A stretch of DNA of 62,809 nt, the filler included, from Bipalium vagum (lineage: Eukaryota): the NCBI GenBank assembly GCA_037834085.1. It is 3 parts of 3 records of this genome, joined end to end, with 100 filler letters (N's around TTAATTAATTAA, not from the genome) between each part and the next. Parts side by side here need not be neighbours in the genome. Positions count along the whole stretch, not along the records: positions 40,607 to 62,809 come from JBBMKC010225553.1; 2 more parts are not named here. One strand, written 5' to 3'. Positions 59,581 through 62,809 of this stretch are shown piece by piece. How positions within the stretch are numbered: position 1 is the first letter of the stretch; each line of letters begins with the position of its first letter. Both the position numbers and the translations under genes were made by a program. The notes below the pieces were generated by a model. The model was not told the DNA's origin and did not search any database. It saw only the letters and a program-made list of their open reading frames with translations.

Positions 59581-61036
59581 TCATTGCGATTTCTGCTTCT
59601 CCTGTTTCGATCCGTATACAATCCAAACTGCAGACAATGGAGAGATCCAGTACACCAAAACATGGTTCCAAATATTTGAATTGTCACAGAAAAAAGTTTG
59701 AGCCGAGGCATTTATTGGATTAGCAAAGGCTCCTGTTAGATCCACTCCTGAAACGAGTTTCAAATGAATTCGTCAATTCAAACAAAGGAAAACCGACCAA
59801 TGGCAATCCAAGACAAGTTGAGAATGTTTGCCAGAGTGAACAGGAATTTATAAGAAGACGCTTCCGGTTTCTTAGTAGATAAATATTTTCTCAAAAAGTT
59901 ATCTGACAGCACCGAGGAAAATTCAATAAAGCACCCCAGTAACACAGGTGCGAGTAAATTAGAGCACTTTGTGTTGGAGAAATGAGTTTTGTGTAAACTC
60001 GTATAACCGAGATTGCACCAGTTTCGATTATACAAATGTGCTGCACAGCCACCACCAATTTGAAATAAGATTGATAAAATCAATAAAATTAAACTGATCT
60101 CTCCTTTTAAATATCTTCATTGATTTTTTAAAAAAGGAAAAAAATGAAAAAGTAATACTTCATAAAACTTTTTAAAGGCGTAGCGGCAGCATTGGGCGGG
60201 ATGATAAATGTCAATACGTTTGAGAACACAAATATTGTGAAAAGGAAACTCAATTCTCCGAAATATTTTCGGATAAATCCATTTTCCATGCTGCACGCGA
60301 CGATGACAAATGATGTTATAAATTCAAGAAATAATAATTTGAAAAGAGTTTCTACCTAAATTTGAAAGTATTGGATTAATTTCCTTGAAAAGAATTGTGA
60401 TTGTTTTTCCAAAAGGTTTAACACAGTGACTTGACAATTAAACTGATTTTTGCAATTTTTTCAAAGTCAATCTTTTTTTTAATTAGGGAAACGCATAAAA
60501 TTTTGAATAAATACTGTATAAAAATTGGTCTGCTTTAATCCACAAAAATGATAACATTTGGTTTTCTCTACAAAGAGGAAATTGATTATATATTAATTAG
60601 GAGATAACATTTTAAAATAGAATAAACAGAAAATAATCCATCGTTTATGTGATAAAATATCTCAATGAAGTAAAACAGAATTAAAATAAATTTTCCACTA
60701 GAAATTGGAAAATACAAGTGTGAAATTGGATTATAAATGATATTGAAATAAAATTACACTTTACTATTAAAATTATCATTGTTATTTCTAAGAACATTTT
60801 AAAAATCATTTAAATTCAAAGTTTAAAATTAATTTCACGTTTATCAGTTTATAAGTTTATTTTCTAATAATATTGACATTTTACTTAAATAAAAAGATTA
60901 TATAAATAAAACATACCTTCTGAAAATAAACAATACCAATCAATAAATAAACAGTAATGCAAGTAAACATCCAATATAAAATTGAAGGAAATAATTTTGA
61001 TCCAATAGAATAAACGATTATGAAATTATTATCCAT
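59581..61036 (-). CDS. Unorthodox (AQP11/AQP12-like) aquaporin, 4 exons, 266 aa
   Basis: Exons 61036-60917, 60355-60159, 60114-59798 and 59747-59581 join in frame (801 nt). Six hydrophobic segments, with LEFITSF, QIGGG, LLGCFIEF and LTGAFANPINASAQTFFC...HVLVYWISP, matching AQP11/12 LTGAxxNPALAxxxxFxC...VYWLxP. Confidence 0.88.
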
Positions 61037-61474
61037 ATCCTGAAATTAAAATTCTTTTCAAAATTTAATATAATAAAATATTATTATTCAGTATTTAATT
61101 ATTTATCAACTAAGAGCAAAATTATATTTGAATAAATTGAATTATCGCTATTATATATATCTAAAATATTAACAGCTAATGAATAAGGTTAAAACATAAA
61201 TATTTAAACAAGTATATACTTATCAATTTTATTTTACAAATAGCATAAACTAAATGAAAAATTTAAAATTTATAAAAAGCGCAATTATATATTTATAAAA
61301 CTTTTTTAAAATCAGATTTTCAATTTTCTAATGCCTTCTTTTTCAAAATATCCTTATTCTAAATATCAAGATGATTTACCAAAAATATAAAATAACGTTC
61401 ACATCTATTTCATTAATTAAATTCTAATTGTGAAAAATATTACACATTTTTATCATTAGAAAAGTAAACAGGTA

Positions 61475-61717
61475 ATGATAAAAGAAATAGGTGATTTCTA
61501 TGATCAAAGCTCAAAATCACAAACTTCACACAATCAAAGGTATAACGATAACTGAATTCCTGCACAGTCAGACTTTTTTCTGTTCAGAAACCTAAAGAAA
61601 TTTCTAGCCGGACAAGATTTTTGTCAAATAGTGGCTGGAGATTTTACAGATCTCGACAAATTGGCCTACAGCAATGGTTTCAAAGATTTTAAGAAACATC
61701 TAATGAAGTGTATTTAG
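61475..61717 (+). CDS. Possible small spliced gene (or part of one), product unknown
   Basis: ATG at 61475, exon to 61539, a 48-nt GT-AG intron, then exon 61588-61717 in frame (MIKEIGDFYDQ..RNLKKFLAGQDFCQIVAGDFTDLDKLAYSNGFKDFKKHLMKCI*). No recognised domain. Confidence 0.3.
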
Positions 61718-62809
61718 CTTATAGGAAACTATTTTGAAAAATAAATTATTTTTATCTACTGATTTTACCGAACTTTTCAACCCACCATCTTAAATCGATT
61801 ACTGTTAGAATTGTTCTAAAGTTTCTTCCCTCCTGTATAAATGTAAAATCAACAGTTCAAATATCATATTTATTAAAGACTTTAACCTTATGATATTATT
61901 TTAGTTTTCTAAATTCTTTATGAAGTTCTTTGACTAATTTTCTTTCATTTTGAGATAAATTTAGAGTGTTCAGAGTTTTTAATTATAATATTTTTACTTC
62001 TCTTGATAAAACTTGACCAAATAAACTTTACTTTTCAAAATTAATTTTAAAATTGGTTTTTCAAGTCTTTCTCTTGGCATTGGATTTTGAATGTCATTCA
62101 TTTCATAAATAGTTTCTACATCAGCAACATGTATAACTTTTAAGTCTATAAATATGTTTTACATCATGTTTCATAGCAGCTTGATCTCTCTATTTATTGG
62201 AATTGAATCTTTTTTTAGAAATTAGAAATATTTAATATTCCTGTTTTATTATAATGATTTATTATTTCATATATTATTATTATCATTTCTAATTTTTAAA
62301 ATATTTATATTGTGCATAATCTAAATTTTTAATTAATGGTAAATTTAATTTTTATATTTATTTTAAAATAATTTTTATTTTAATTTTAAATCGCACAATA
62401 TATTAATTTATTAAAAATGGAAAATTTGTTTAAGTATTGTTGGGATCCATAGAAAAAGAGGTCCCAGCACCAATCATCATCAATTCTAAGCCCACAAAGG
62501 AGCCAAAAGAGCAAGAGCTTATGGAGGTTGTTTCTCCAAAGCTTATTATCGATAATTGTGAAACATTTTAATTACATTTTGATTTTAATTTGATCTTTAA
62601 ATTGTGCATGAAAAAGCCTTGTTAGGCTTACTGTCTTTTATATATTTTGACCATTTTATGTCATTTTATATTTTGTATTATATTTTAGAAAAATTAATAA
62701 TATTTAAATTATATATATATTTTTTTAAATACTATAAATAAATAAAATAATAATAATATAAATTGTGGGTTGAAGTTAATTAAAACTTAACCCACAAAAT
62801 TAGCAAAAT

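Overview
Very AT-rich eukaryotic (animal) genomic DNA with (ATT)n microsatellites, many 40-60 nt spliceosomal introns and dense Tc1/mariner debris. This composition suggests a planarian/flatworm-like genome (inference only). Hand-splicing gives six protein-coding genes: an intronless B-type muscarinic acetylcholine receptor (18175-19650, -); two paralogous ankyrin-repeat + C-terminal RING genes (22462-~31291 and 38164-~39970, both -); a DDX5/DDX17 (p68/DBP2) DEAD-box helicase (41786-47578, -); a divergent TALE-class homeobox gene whose homeodomain is absent from the ORF track (52004-52807, +); and an AQP11/12-type unorthodox aquaporin (59581-61036, -). The rest is mostly DNA transposons (Tc1, mariner, maT-like, pogo, piggyBac, Merlin-like MITEs), LTR-like repeats and two artificial 100-bp scaffold gaps. 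The most interesting signal is a strand-specific 22-bp RNA helix in the positionally conserved DDX5/DBP2 intron. It buries a cryptic, stop-introducing 3' splice site and is a candidate helicase-sensing autoregulatory splicing switch.
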